DNA of 64,000 bases from the human T2T-CHM13v2.0 reference genome, Homo sapiens: NCBI RefSeq assembly GCF_009914755.1, contig NC_060931.1. One strand, 5' to 3'. A model generated the notes under the pieces. That model did not search any database. It was not told the origin of the DNA and was given only the letters and a program-made list of their open reading frames with translations. How positions within the stretch are numbered: position 1 is the first letter of the stretch; the number at the start of each line of letters is the position of its first letter. A program made the position numbers and the translations under genes. Shown here one piece after another: positions 14,340 to 34,029 of the stretch.

Positions 14340-15035
14340 TAAAATATTTAATCTGAAAAACTTCTAAAGGAATATAAATACATTTGAATTATCACACAGT
14401 TTTATAATATTTTATATATCAGTGAAAGACAAGGAAGAACTATTAATATTGAAGAATAATCAAACTCTAAAGTACAATGATAAGAGATGGAACTAACCAA
14501 AATCATGTTAGTGCAGAAAAAGAAGTGTTCATTCACAGCTAAATAAAACAAAAAATATTCTGCAGTTTTCTATCATGTGTGGAAAAAAGTTTCTTATCAT
14601 GGTAACTACCAAGAATTTGAAGATGTGTTATTAATATATCTTGATCAGAAATTGTGTGTAGACATTACAAATGTTAAAAAAATTATCATCATGAAAACAA
14701 ACTCAAGTTTCTCTTTAAATTTGTTTTAAGATTTCCTTTGGAAGTTTTATAAGTTATTTATAAGTTATATAAATTATAAAAGTTATTTATAAGTTATATA
14801 AATTATAAAAGTTATTTATAAGTTATATAAATTATAAAAGTTATTTATAAGTTATATAAATACACAAGTAAATGTGCCCATTATTAATAATTTGTTTTTG
14901 TTAGAACATGTAATTAATTTTTACACCATTTCCCTCTGACTATTTCAAAACTCATCCCAATTTGTCCATTATGTAGTATAGGTATCATGATTTTCTCAGT
15001 GTGCCATGAAGAAAAACTTTCTGTGAAAGACTGCT
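14340..15035 (+). mobile_element. hAT-Charlie remnant (3' part, resumes after L1)
   Basis: Transposase C-terminal-like sequence and a Charlie-type terminus (GTGCCATGAAGAAAAA...ACTG). Confidence 0.5.
14751..14860. repeat. AT-rich minisatellite, about 29-bp unit, 3.8 copies
   Basis: Unit AAGTTATTTATAAGTTATATAAATTATAA repeated near-perfectly. Confidence 0.9.
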
Positions 15036-16955
15036 GTAGTATGAAGTATCAGGGGAAGAAAACAGTGGTCATTATTTATTATAGAATGTTGGACAGACAC
15101 AAAAGTTCATAACCTCTTGGCATTCTGAAAAATGTCTTTCTGCCAGAGAGACCAACATCAAGAAGTATCTTTTTTCAGGGGTCAGTGAAACAGCTCAAAA
15201 GTGTTAAAACAGAGAAGTCAGAGTATGGTGTTTTTTTTTTTAAATTATTTATTAAATCTGGGGTAGGAAAAATATGGGTTTGTGTTCCTGAGGAAATACT
15301 CATCTTTAGTCTCAGAGCTCATATGTCTACCTTCCCACATTTTAATTTTGGTGGATTGATAGTGAGGACTAGGAAGCAAAGCAAAGCTTCTGGCTGAAGT
15401 CAGCAGTGTTGACATCACAAGATACTGAGTAACACTGAAGCTATTTCCTGGAGCAGGAGATCCTTTGTAATGTAGAAAGCTGGGTGTCACCCAGCTAGCT
15501 CATGAACTTGTCAAATGGCATAGGACTGCATTCCCTCCACCAGCAGGTCAAGCTCTGCAGCAAAAGCACTTCTATTCATGGAGTAGCAATGAAGGACCAG
15601 AGAATCCTTGTGTTCTGGTCTTGCATTGCTAGTCAACCTTATGAGAGCTAACCCTGTGCGCTGTTCATAGTGTGTGGCACTGTGTATCCTGTCCCTTTTC
15701 TTAACCACAGCTGCACTGATGAGGTTAACTGAGAAGGTTCTATTGGAAGGTCTGATTTCCTATTTCCCTCTTTCCACCTGGATTCCTGATGTAGTAAAGA
15801 ACTCTGTGGATGATGCTTCCCACATTAAAAAAAAAAAGTTACTCTGGTGATTAGCCTCTCATTGAAATAAGCAACCATATTTAGAATCCTAGAAAGCTTT
15901 GATGATACGTTGGAGAATGTAAGAGATGACAAGGTACTCTGATGAGAGGTATTTAAATGTGGAATATTCCTTGGTCTGAGATAATTTAGTAGAAGGAGCC
16001 TTGATGACCAATTCTTTATAGGTTTGACATGATTAATAATTTAACTACATTTCTCCTGGGAAAATAAAATACTTGATTAATTTAGCCTTTGGAAATGTCT
16101 CTCTCATAAAGGCCTTATTTGAAGTTCACTCAAAGCCTTCACTATATTCTCATCCTGTATCTGGTGGACTGTACCCTGAAAGAGCATAGGTTCGGGAGTC
16201 TCGAAAATTACAACTTTGAATGACTTAAATCTTTTTCTTCTAGCCATTAATGGATACATCTACCTATGGTCTAGTTTTCTGTTATAGCTTACTCTGGACT
16301 GTTTGAATATAATATATACGTAAAGTTTCTGCATTTTGTAAGGAGCTTTGAGTAACTATCTCTCTTCAAGTTGACCTTTGAAACTGTGTATTCCTGATTT
16401 ACAAGTTGTATATTAGCATGAGTTTACGCAGTATGTATTTACCTTCTAAAACAGGTTCTCCAGTTTCTTCCCTAATTAGAGTCTATTCTTGTTATCAGGT
16501 AATATTATGTTGAATTACACAAACGAACAAAGAGTAAGCAAGTTTTTAACAAAATAAGTCCATTATTGCTACAAAGTTCTTTGGAAAATCTACCACAGAT
16601 ATTTGCAGAAAAACAAGTAAAACCTGAAAAACAAGTAAAACCTGAAAAAGAACCAATAATATCTACTGACATGCATAAATCTACTGAAAACACAGAACCT
16701 TTCACTACAAAATGAAAGCCAGAATTTTGTGGTTTAGGATTGGCTCTTACATGCCGTGAAAACTCATGTAGGAGGTTGGCTTATCTTACTACAGCAGCTT
16801 TGAGTAGGAAGAATTAGCCAAAAGTGAATCAAAAAGGGCGATGTGATGTGGATGAAAGGGCCCTTAACTTTTTTTGCTAAATTCACCAAGGGCTCTATGA
16901 TGTTCCAAAAGCAATCTTTGCCTCAGCCCTGGCGTTTCTCTTCTTGGCTGTCCAG

Positions 16956-17049
16956 AAGGAGGTTGTGCTTCTCCCTAGTGGAGGAACCTCTAACATACCT
17001 GCAGTCATCCAGTCCCAAAGCTCTAGGCAGCAATGGACCACCATTCCAT
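16956..17049 (+). pseudogene. pseudo-exon: kringle 1, first half
   Basis: Acceptor TTCTCTTCTTGGCTGTCCAG, donor GTAAGT. With frameshifts reads EGGC...GTSN(I)TCS(G)IQ(S)QS.*AAMDHHS, aligning to HGF K1 [24 protein letters not shown]| including the intron position. Confidence 0.55.
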
Positions 17050-17258
17050 GTAAGTATGTATGTATGTATGTGTTTATTTATCCATCTATATTTAATAACT
17101 GAAAGACTTGAAACAAGATTTCCATGCTCATTTTGAGATGAGTTAAAGACATGGTACTTGAAATTTATTTAGTTTAAAAATGTCAAGTTCATTAAAATAT
17201 GAGGGCCACTGGTGAGCAGCAGGTCTACATAACTATTGAAAACCTCTATCCTTTTCAG

Positions 17259-17360
17259 TGTTAATGAGAGTATGGGCTTTTAAAACAACAGCAGGTAAAC
17301 TAGCTTAAGTGGCTAGAAACAAATGCTTTGTTTGACACTGTGATATTTCTAATTGTTCTA
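17259..17360 (+). pseudogene. pseudo-exon: kringle 1, second half
   Basis: Acceptor CTCTATCCTTTTCAG, phase 2. Reads VNESMGF*NN(S)R...CF..HCDISNC, matching GLxxNYCR...WCF...YCDIPxC. Donor not recognisable. Confidence 0.6.
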
Positions 17361-17769
17361 TTTATTGTGCTACACATTAGCCAGATTATTTGAGTGGGCT
17401 TGTTAGTAACAGGCTCATGCACAAGCACACTGAGTGTATGAAGCTGTTAGCATTGCACAGATCATCCACATGCAGCAAACACTGCAGGAGGTACTCACAC
17501 ATTGCTTTCCAGCTTTAATTGGAATTTTATATTAAGAGTTCCCTGTGAAGGGAATATTTAGTCTCAATTGGACAGACAACAGAAAACCACAGTAATGCAA
17601 TTTTTATCCTTACTGTCAATTCAGCTCAAATGTATCTATTTATTTGTTTATTCCACAATATTGCTATAAAATTAAAAATAATCTTTAAGATATAGAATTT
17701 AATTTTATATGATGTGTGTATTCATACATAAATATGTGTGTGCATATATATACATATCATAAATTAAAA

Positions 17770-18290
17770 CTTAATATAAGAGAAGTAATGTAAAAGTGGA
17801 AATGGATGAATTTTTAAATACATGATATTGAGAATATTGGTTCCAGGAAAATTCAAAGTAAAATCTCACATCATACCACATACTCAAATAATTTCCAGAT
17901 AAAGAGCTAACTCTAAAATTTTAAATCATAACATGCTGGAAAATATTTAGAAGCAGAAAGTAATGGAAAAATTTTAGTCCTAAATTGATAGGTTTTACAA
18001 TGTAAATTTAAGAATTTCTGTACAATACAAAATAATAAGTAGTATTAATTATGTAATAAGTTAGAGAAATAGTTTTAATAAATATGTAAACAGTTAATCT
18101 TAATATATTAATAGTATTCATAAATGAATAAGAAATAAGCAAAGGACTTAAGCAGACTAATTACAAAAGAAGAAATTGAAATGATCAAGAAATGGAAAAT
18201 TATTTAATTTCATTTATAATAAAATAAATAATTGAATATTATCACTTTTTTACTCATATTGGTAAATATTTGAAATGTTCTTACAAGATA
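17770..18290 (+). mobile_element. old L1ME ORF2 3' fragment
   Basis: A-rich degraded L1 ORF2-end sequence. Confidence 0.55.
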
Positions 18291-18314
18291 TTGAATTTTA
18301 CTTTCTTCATGTTA

Positions 18315-18565
18315 ACATCTAACATTTATATGTGCTCAATATTTGCTAGGAACTATTCTAAGCACTTTGCATATATTCAATTTAATTCTCTTAATAAACC
18401 TATGAGACTGGTATCATTATTATTACCTTTTTACAGATAGAAAAAGTGAGGCACTAAGAGATTAAATATTTTCCAGGATCACAAAGGTAACAAGTGGTGA
18501 AGCTGGTACCAGAACTTGGACAGTTTCTCTTTTGTTTTTGAGCTCTCAACCTCTCTACTACCTGC
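18315..18565 (-). mobile_element. MIR
   Basis: Core TTTTACAGATAGAAAAAGTGAGGCAC..AGAG.TTAA and MIR flanks. Confidence 0.85.
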
Positions 18566-19089
18566 TCCTCAACTCTTAGCAAGAGTGAAGTGAGAGAGAT
18601 ATCACATGTGCTCGTCAGAGCATATTTGGACACGCCATGTCTGAAAAACAATTTATATACAAACACAGACATACATACATCACAGTCCCATAGAACGTTA
18701 ACTACATAACACAACGAAAGCCTAAATATTAAGTATTGAAAATCAGAGCACACAGTTTTACATACAATATGATATCTATATAAAGTAAGTCATGGATAAC
18801 AGGGTAAAAATTTTTAAGTGATTTTTTAAAGCACACTTTTCTGTTTTAGAATTTTCCTAGCATGACTAACATAACCTTTTTTGCTCAAAATCTCTGTGAA
18901 ATCCTATTTAAATGTTAAAACACAAAGTAGTAATACATGGGCTTCTTAAACATTTAGAGGGATTACAGGCAAACAATTTACTGGGTGTAATGGGGGGGCT
19001 ATCTCTTTAATAGTTATCTTTTGCTTAAATGCCCATTTAGGTAGGATGAAAATAACAAAAGCCTTAAGCTCATGTCAGTTACATTTGAC

Positions 19090-19845
19090 TCACTAATTCA
19101 ACAAATAGTGACTGTGGACATTCCATATGGACCAAACATTCTTCTAAGAATACTGCAGAGGACAAAAATATGCTGAGTTTCTCTTCTTGTGGCATTTTTA
19201 TTCCAGTATGGAGAGACAAACAATAAACAAATATAAGATAAAGAAGAATAAAACAGGTGACTCGAAATTGATGGGTGATGCTATTTTCTGTAGGTTAGTT
19301 GGAAAAAGACATTCACATTAAGTGATGTCTATGCAGACAGAAAAAAGTAAGACAAGAAATCTAGGGAAAAGCATTCCTCACAGAGGGAAGAGTAACAATG
19401 GATCCCTGGGGTGAGCATATGCTTGATTTGCTGGGAAACAGCAAGGTGGCCATATGGCACAAGCAAAGTTACAAGGGGAATGGAAAGGAGATTGGAGACA
19501 AATGCAGTCTATGCAGGGCTCTATAGGTCATTATGAGTACTTTGCATTGCTCTCTAAAGGAGTGTAGGCTTTGACAAGAGAAGTGATGTGATCTGACTTA
19601 ATTACAAAAATTCATTCTGGATGTTGGATGGAGAAGAGATTCTGGAAGGCAAGGATGGAAGCAAGGCAACCAGTGAGGAGACTATTGCAGTGATTTCACA
19701 TGTGAGGTAATTGGAATTTGACCTAGGTTCGCAGCAAGGGAGCGTGTGATTCGGGATAGATTGTGCAGGTAGACCTAGCAAAATTTGCTGATGGATTGAA
19801 TATTGGATATGAGAGAAAAAAAGAAGTCAAAAATGACTCTAAGAG
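19090..19845 (-). mobile_element. L2
   Basis: Starts ATTCAACAAATA (antisense L2 3' end), followed by the typical purine-rich L2 body. Confidence 0.8.
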
Positions 19846-19979
19846 GAAAAAAGCAAAGTTAACCTCACTTAAGTGATACAATACCTGTTCTTGCTCTCCC
19901 ACATCAGAGTCCTATTCCTCTCCATGGTGTCTGAGGCAGCACCTCTGTGATTCCCTGATGTCCTGAGTGATCCTTTTGA

Positions 19980-20313
<334 letters not shown>

Positions 20314-21929
20314 TGTAAGTCTCTTAAGGAATGATATTGTCCTACTATCATTTCCACCTCTAGCAGCTGGTACAGTTCCTTACATGTAGTAGGTACTCAA
20401 CATAATATTTTTTGAATGAATATGTTATTTACTTACCTGATTAATTAAATGAATAGTTTTTGGGTTTTGTATATAATTCGTTACGACAGTTTACTCTCTT
20501 TTCCAGCGTAGACTCAAATTACCTAAATTAAATGTATTACTGTGATTAATAAGGTTTATTTCATTGTATATTGTTTAGTTTTTCAATTTATTTTCTTAAA
20601 TTACATAGACTAACTAACATATACTTATTAAATTGGTCTCTAGATCTTTTGGCAAAAGTCCCAGAATCACAAGCTCAGTCAAAATCAAAATAATAAATCA
20701 ATTCAGAGAGGCATGGAACCTGTTCAATGGTGATGACTAAGTGTTACATATTCTGAGTGCTGGGGACTTCATAAATATTTCCGGTGACTTTATTTTGAAA
20801 CCTGAGGTGTCTTTTTAACTTAAAAATACATCCAGGGGAACTTCCAAATCTTTCTTTTTAAATAAGTAGATCCCCCTATTCTCTATTCTTCCGTTCTTAT
20901 ATCCAGGTCATCCGAACCTCAAACACAGATTTCTGTGACTTTCTTCTGGTTGATATCTCATCAGCTGCCAGGCTCCTTTTCCTTCTTCCTAACACCTTAC
21001 TTACTGATTAGTCTTCCTAACCCTCAGGATTCATTGTCATTCCTCCTAGAAAGAATATAAGATAGCTCCCTTTAGCCAAAGGACACTGCTCAGTTTCCTC
21101 ATCCTGTTTGTTGGGTGCCTTCCATTCTGACCAGTATTTATGGAATGTATCCCTGGGTAAGACATTTCGCTACATCACCTTGCCTCTCTTCTGTGACTAC
21201 ATTGCTCATACTCCTCTGCTCTAGCTAGAGAAGCTTCTTGCTGTTTCCCTTCCTCTCTGTTATTGCAATTATCTGCATGATTCTAATTTCTTATCTACTG
21301 ATATCTTCACTTGATGAGCAAATTAGAAATTCCTTTTTGCCAATCTGAGAGCTGCATAGCCTTTCACACTGTATTAGAGAATCACCTGCTGCAAACCACC
21401 AGCTATCTCAAGCTATCCCCTATGAAGATCTCTCCTTTGAAGTAATGCTGTATTACATTCATTTCAAACCTTTTAAAAATAAATTGTAAAGTTCTTAGAA
21501 TTTTCATATGTGTTTTATATTTCCAAATAAACAGTAAGTCCTGGGGAAAAATAAGACACATATCTTGTTTTCTTTTTATCCCTATTTTTTCACAGTTACT
21601 ATGCATAGTTTAGTATGCCGAGACTTGTTAGTAAGCACATATTAATTTGATTAGATTTAAGAAGTATCACAGAGGATGTTAAACGTTTTATATCACATTC
21701 CATGTTATGCCTGGGAGCAGGCTTGTGACTTACAAGATTGAGTATTGGCAGCCACTACATATGCATTCATCCTTATGACCTCAGTGTCTTTTTTTATTGA
21801 ACTTCCTGACACTGATTTAATCTTAGCCTGCAACCTAAATAATTAAGAACCAAACTTTATAAACTATATAAAAGTGAATTTATGATATACATTGTCCATT
21901 CATGACATCTACTGCAATATTTTGCAGAG

Positions 21930-22190
21930 TCAGTATAGCATGGTAATGAGAAAACAGAGACTTTGGAGTCAGTTGAACTGGAAGTAAAATACCAGACTCA
22001 TATTCTAGGAACAGGCAACATCATTCCTCTACTTCTCTCTTTTTTTTCTATACAATAGTACAAATAATTATTTTGACTATTTTATAGGGTTGTTATAACC
22101 CATGCATATAAGGCATGTAAAACAGTGCTTGACACTCAGTGGGTTCTCAATAAGTTTTAGAAATTACTATTGCTACCATTATCATCTTTA
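21930..22190 (+). mobile_element. MIR
   Basis: CAGTATAGCATGGTAA..GACTTTGGAGTCAG start and AACAGTGCTTGACAC..CTCAATAA end. Confidence 0.8.
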
Positions 22191-22719
22191 TTTTTGTTAT
22201 TAAGGTACATTAATTCAAATATTATATTTTAATAATATCAATAATGGTAAAAATAGTTCTCAATCCATAAGTAAGAGAGAAAAAATTGAGGGCTATGGGC
22301 CTCCAAAGAAATAGCTATCAAAAAGCTTTCATATTTTCTTACTTTCTAAAATAGAGCCACCTTAGTCTTCAAAATTATTTGTGAAATAAAGTAGAACAGA
22401 AGCCACTAATTCATCTGTCGACAATGAGATATAGAAGTTTATTAAAAATAAACCAAAGAATTATAGAATACAAGTATTAAATTTTAGAAAAGATAGAAAT
22501 TGAGGGTTATTTAGAGATAACTAGCCTCACATTTTAAAGAATAAAATCTTGAGGATATCATCTACTGTACCAAAATACTATAATTAATAAATCAAATGAC
22601 AAAAATGATAAAGTTATTTTACGATAAACACTGTCTAAGAAAATAAACAGAAGAGAATAAATGTTTCTGCCAAATAACATAAGAATATTTTATTAACTTG
22701 GAAAACATACAATATATCC

Positions 22720-24203
22720 AGTGAAAACTTTGACATTGAGCACACAAATTTATATCACATCCTGCTGAAATACCACTAAAATGATAGAAATGGGATTTTT
22801 AAAAAAGGTGTAAGGCGCATGGACTAAGAGTTGGGAGCGGAGAAGGGGGATGTAAAAAATCCTGTTAGCTGGAAAACAGATGGACAAGTGCTTCAGCAGA
22901 CTGAAGAAAGCTGGATTTTAAAGCAGCTCTTGAGAAGACACCTGACTTGCCAAAAAATTTTTCCCAAAGGCTCACCAGAGGTTTTGGTGGCACTTGTTAC
23001 CTCTGATAATAGAGATGAAGGAGGGGCTAAAACCAAAATGATTGGTTGAAACACTCTTTAAGAAACAATTACATACCCAAGCTCCCTTCTCCCATTCCAC
23101 CTAACTTGGTCACTACTCTTCTCTCATACTAGCAAAAAAGAGTGATTTATTTTCTTAAATGGTAAAACAGAGGTACTGACAATTTCTGCATAATTCAGAT
23201 GAGATCTCTAGTTTTCTTCCTCTACTCCAGTCTCTAGCACTGGCAGCCAGGCTTATACCTCCCAGGCAGAGATGGCTGACTATTCTATGCAGACGTAACA
23301 GTCAGAAGGAAGGTGCCCCTGCAAACTGACCAAAATGGGTTACCATACAGAAAATTCCATGGTCAATAAAAAAAAGGCCCCAATCAGCTTTCTAGTGCTT
23401 CAAAGTTAAATCAACAATAACAACAGCTCTAAGGAAGTAAATTTATGGATGTAAAAAAATCTCTCCCCCAATTACTATTATGTGCATAATCGATGAATTA
23501 TATGTAATTGTACAATATCTAGAAAGTCTGTGAAGAACACCCTGATGTTTAAAAGAAGAATTATTCAAAGATCAGAAAGAGCTCTTGGAAATTTAAAATA
23601 TGCAATAAAAAACTAAAAACCTCAATAAAAGAATTGCAAGATAAAAATGGAAGAAATCTCCCAGACAGTAAAACAGTTTCTAAAACAGAGAAGAGAAATA
23701 GAAGAGAAAATATAAAGAAATTAGAAGGCTATTCCAGGAAGTCCACCATCTAAAAAATAAGAGTTCTAGAAAGAAAGAAAAGTAAATGGTGGAAAAGAAA
23801 TCATTAAAAAAAATTGATTTGAGTAAATTTTCTAGAACAGGGATATGAGATTCCAGCATTTTCTATCAATTCCCTGAGTGGATGAAAATAACTGATCAAG
23901 CACATCACTGATATATTTCAGAACATCAAAGAAAATGAGAAGATTCTGAAACAAAAATCAGTGTGATACAAAGTATCTCATATTAGAATGGCATGGTATG
24001 TCTTAGAAACATTGTTAGAAGCTAGAAATACTGGAGAATGGCCTCAAAATTCTAAGGAAAATAGTGACTCAGGACACTCCTGAGGGATGTGCTCCACAAA
24101 AAAGAGAGTAAAACCAAGAAAGAGAAAGACAAGTGATTCATAAACCTGGGACTCAACCCAAGGGAAAAGGCAAGAAAATTTCCTGGTTGATGGTGGAGGG
24201 AAA
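22720..24203 (+). mobile_element. HAL1 (5' part)
   Basis: ORF1-like A-rich sequence and HAL1 motif GGATGTGCTCCAC..AAAA..GAG.GAGTAAAACCAAGAAAGAG. Resumes at about 31300. Confidence 0.7.
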
Positions 24204-24348
24204 TCTCAGATTAGTTTCCCCCAAAGCAGAGCCTGCAACAAGGACTTGGGTATGGTTTATGTGGGAGATAATCCCAGCAGACAGGAATGAAGGAAAGGGT
24301 GAGTGAGAAAAAGAAAGAGGAAAAGTCAATATAAGAATACCTTTACTG

Positions 24349-30932
<6,584 letters not shown>

Positions 30933-31299
30933 AAGAATACCTTTATTGGTCTCACATTGTAAGCAAACATGGTTCAATTACAGAGCACCTCTGTGAGAAG
31001 CATCTGTAATGACCCCAAGAATTGTTCCCTTGTAAGAGAGGAGGCTGAAATATTAATCCAGTGGCCACCTTCCCCATTGTTCAATATTAACACTGAATTG
31101 TTAACTCTTCCTTACTTCTGGGCCTCATTCTGGAGTAGGTGAGGCAGAGAGTAGAAAGCCCTACCAAGAAAACTTGAGGTGGGATGATGGCATTAGTCTG
31201 AGATCTCAGGGCACTTTCTACCCCAGCAACAGCTGAAATCAGAGATGGAGAGAGTATGAGGTGAGACAGCAAGGGTGGCTGCTATAGGCCCATAGGTTC

Positions 31300-32440
31300 A
31301 GGCCCACCAAGCTGCCATCTGTGACAGAAGCAAGTCATAATTCTTCAAAATAGTACTTCAAATTGAAATGGTTGGACTATCTTGACTTTTTAACATAATA
31401 AGTGAAGTCACACACAACTGAGGGGAGAGTGTGGGCATGAGTTAGTGATTAGTAAATAGAATACTAAGTAATAAGGAAAAAAGAAAATTATTAACTCTGA
31501 GGAAAAAATTTATTAAGCAATAATGAGAAATTGTCATAGTTTCTTACATGCCTCATTAGTGAATATCACTTACAAGGCAATAATGATATACATTTTGAAT
31601 ACTGAGCTAAAAATTATGATACATTGAGTATGCAATTAGGGGTGGGGGGTGAAAGAATGAGGTGTCAATAGACAATGACTAAAAATTTTAAAGTTAAGAA
31701 GTAACAACATAAATATATCATTTAGAAATGTTGAATACATCAGGAATATTTTCATATTTCTGCATGGTCAAGGCTTTCTGAACAATGGAAATTGACATGG
31801 ATAAAGATAATGTCCTTTTTTTCCCTGCCTTCTCCATTTGCTCTTTACACCCTAACTACTTGTCTGCTTCACTGTGAAGCCATCTGCTGCCACTCAAAGG
31901 GTAACAGGGTAACAAAACCTTTCTTGTCTCCCCCAGAGCCTAATGCTTATATTTGAGAGTAGAGATCTTTTCCTGCACCTGCCAAAAAGGCATGCTCTTG
32001 TGCTCTCTCTCTCTTTCTGGAGAAGAGGAGGAATGAACGTGACAGCTCCTATATAATATCCCGTTTTCATAATTTCAGGGGTCCTCTACTGTAACACAGA
32101 TCTCCTGGATGTGCAAGTGACATTCTCCATCTTCTTTTCACCTGGTGTGTGAATAATGGGGTGTGAAGAAAGAAAGCAAAATATTCTGTAAGTAAATAAT
32201 AGGTTTGCCTCTGATGCAGAAAACCAATATTTACTGTTATAATAAAATAAGTACATATAGATATATAAAAGGTTATCAGAATTATATATTGAAGTATCAC
32301 CTAAAATGATTGAATTTTGTTGTTTCAAGATTGGGAAACAGAGATGAAGTAATTCAGAAAATGGTTTCTTACGATAAGCCTTACATATCGATTTGACTCT
32401 GGAGACTATGTACCTGTGTAACTTTGATAAAAATAAACAC
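31300..32440 (+). mobile_element. HAL1 3' part, interrupted by an LTR-like insert (about 31740-32240)
   Basis: HAL1/L1ME-type 3' sequence ending ACTTTGATAAAAATAAA. The central segment has ERV1-LTR-like features (GATAAAGATAATGTC, TATATAA). Confidence 0.5.
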
Positions 32441-32770
32441 TAATTTAAATGTTTAAATGACTACCAATAAACTCCTTTATCACAAAAGAAAAGTAGCTCT
32501 TTAGCATTATCTAGCTGACCTTGCAATTTGCAGTAGTGTAATATTTCTGTATTACAGTTTGATTTTACTTTTACTGCATTGTTTGCTATACTCTTACTAA
32601 AAAAGTGTTAGCCTACAGTATGCACTTGTTGCTTCACAAATGAATTCAAGAGCTATATGGTTAAAGGAGCTGGGCTCACATTGTAATTATTTAAGTTTGG
32701 CCACAAATGGCCTTCAAAGAATGCCTTGGGATTTTTTCATTTTCTCTGGGTCAGTACCTTTCCTCTCCAG

Positions 32771-32906
32771 GACCTTTTGCTATAAGTGTAATTGCAGTTT
32801 ATCAAGGCAGTTAGTCATACACAAAAGTTTTCTGAGATGCCAGTTTGAGAAGGTCTGCACAGTAGTTTTCCAGCTGCTATCAGCCATATAACTTGGTGAC
32901 ACAAAG
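32771..32906 (+). pseudogene. pseudo-exon: kringle 2, first half
   Basis: Acceptor CCTTTCCTCTCCAG. With small indels reads CYKCN(C)S.YQG.VSHT.SFLRCQ, matching the K2 pattern CxxCNGxxYxGxxxxTxSGxxCQ of HGF/PLG including the extra Cys4. Donor AG|GTTTTA. Confidence 0.75.
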
Positions 32907-33309
32907 GTTTTATCCTTGTCCCACAGTTTTTCTCCTTAACCTTGAACAGTATTTCTTTGTGTATTACAGTTATCTCAATAGCTTTTGTGGAAAAATAGAT
33001 GAAAATGGTCTACGAAGCTGTTAATATATTTTGATATTCACATGAAATTTGCCATTTCAAAGATGGAGAATGCTAAACAATAATGAGTAATGTAAATTTC
33101 CAAAATTTGTTGCATTAGATCCGAACTTATTACCCATACAAAATCTATTGTTTCTTGCATAAATGCTATTTTTTTCTGTAATAAAGATATTTGATAGACT
33201 ATTTTGGAGATTTTGAAGGCTAAAGTTTTGGAAAGTTCCCTTTAGTGATAGATTATTATCTTCCCATAATTTAATAATATTTTATTTTATTTTTCAACAA
33301 ATTTAGTTG

Positions 33310-34029
33310 ACTTTTATTTGAAATTCATGAATTGGTGCAGGCTCCATTCTACAAAGTAGAATGAGAGTTCCCACTGGGCAATGGCAGAACAGTGGGTTCT
33401 GTAAGGTGGGAACAGGGAAGAACAACAGAAAGAAAAAGCTGTCCTGGTGCAGTGGCTCACGCCTGTAATCCTAGCACTTTGGGAGGCCGAAGCGGGTGGA
33501 TTTCCTGAGTTCAGGAGTGAGACCAGCCCGGGCAACACGGTGAAACCCCGTCTCTATGAAAATACAAAAAATTAGCCAGATGTGGCGGCATGTGCCTGTA
33601 GTCCCAGCTACTTGGGAGGCTGAGGCAGAGAATTGCTTCAATCTGGGAGGCGGAGGTTGCAGTGAGCCCAGATGGTGCCACTGCACTCTAGCCTGGGCAA
33701 CAGAGCAAGACGCCTTCTCCACAAAAAAATAAATAAATAAATAAATAAATACATTTTAAAAAACTGACTTGTTAACATCAAGTAAGGTTACTTCAGGTTA
33801 GTTTTTTGTAAGAACTAAAGCAGAGGAATCTTCCATATTATGCTGACTCATGTCGACCGGAATATCCTGTTTTCAAAGAAAAATTGGTATCTTGGGGGTC
33901 TATCTGCTTTTCCAGTTTGATTATTTGGCATTAAGCCTGAGTGACTCCATATCAGTTTAGTTTGGTCTGCTGAGGTCCAGTTCAGGAGCTCAGACTAAAA
34001 CAATTGCTTCTCAGGATTTTTGTTTAACA
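33310..34029 (-). mobile_element. ERV1 (MER4-group) LTR split by Alu
   Basis: Ends ...AAAACAATTG..TTTTGTTTAACA, a MER4-group terminus; GAGTGACTCCAT motif. Confidence 0.6.
33441..33750 (+). mobile_element. AluS with (TAAA)n tail
   Basis: Full dimer; flanks AAAAAGCTG / AAAAACTG. Confidence 0.92.

Noticed and set aside
15870-15980. NH.*NP...IPW kringle-like words
   Set aside because: Spacing and cysteines do not fit.
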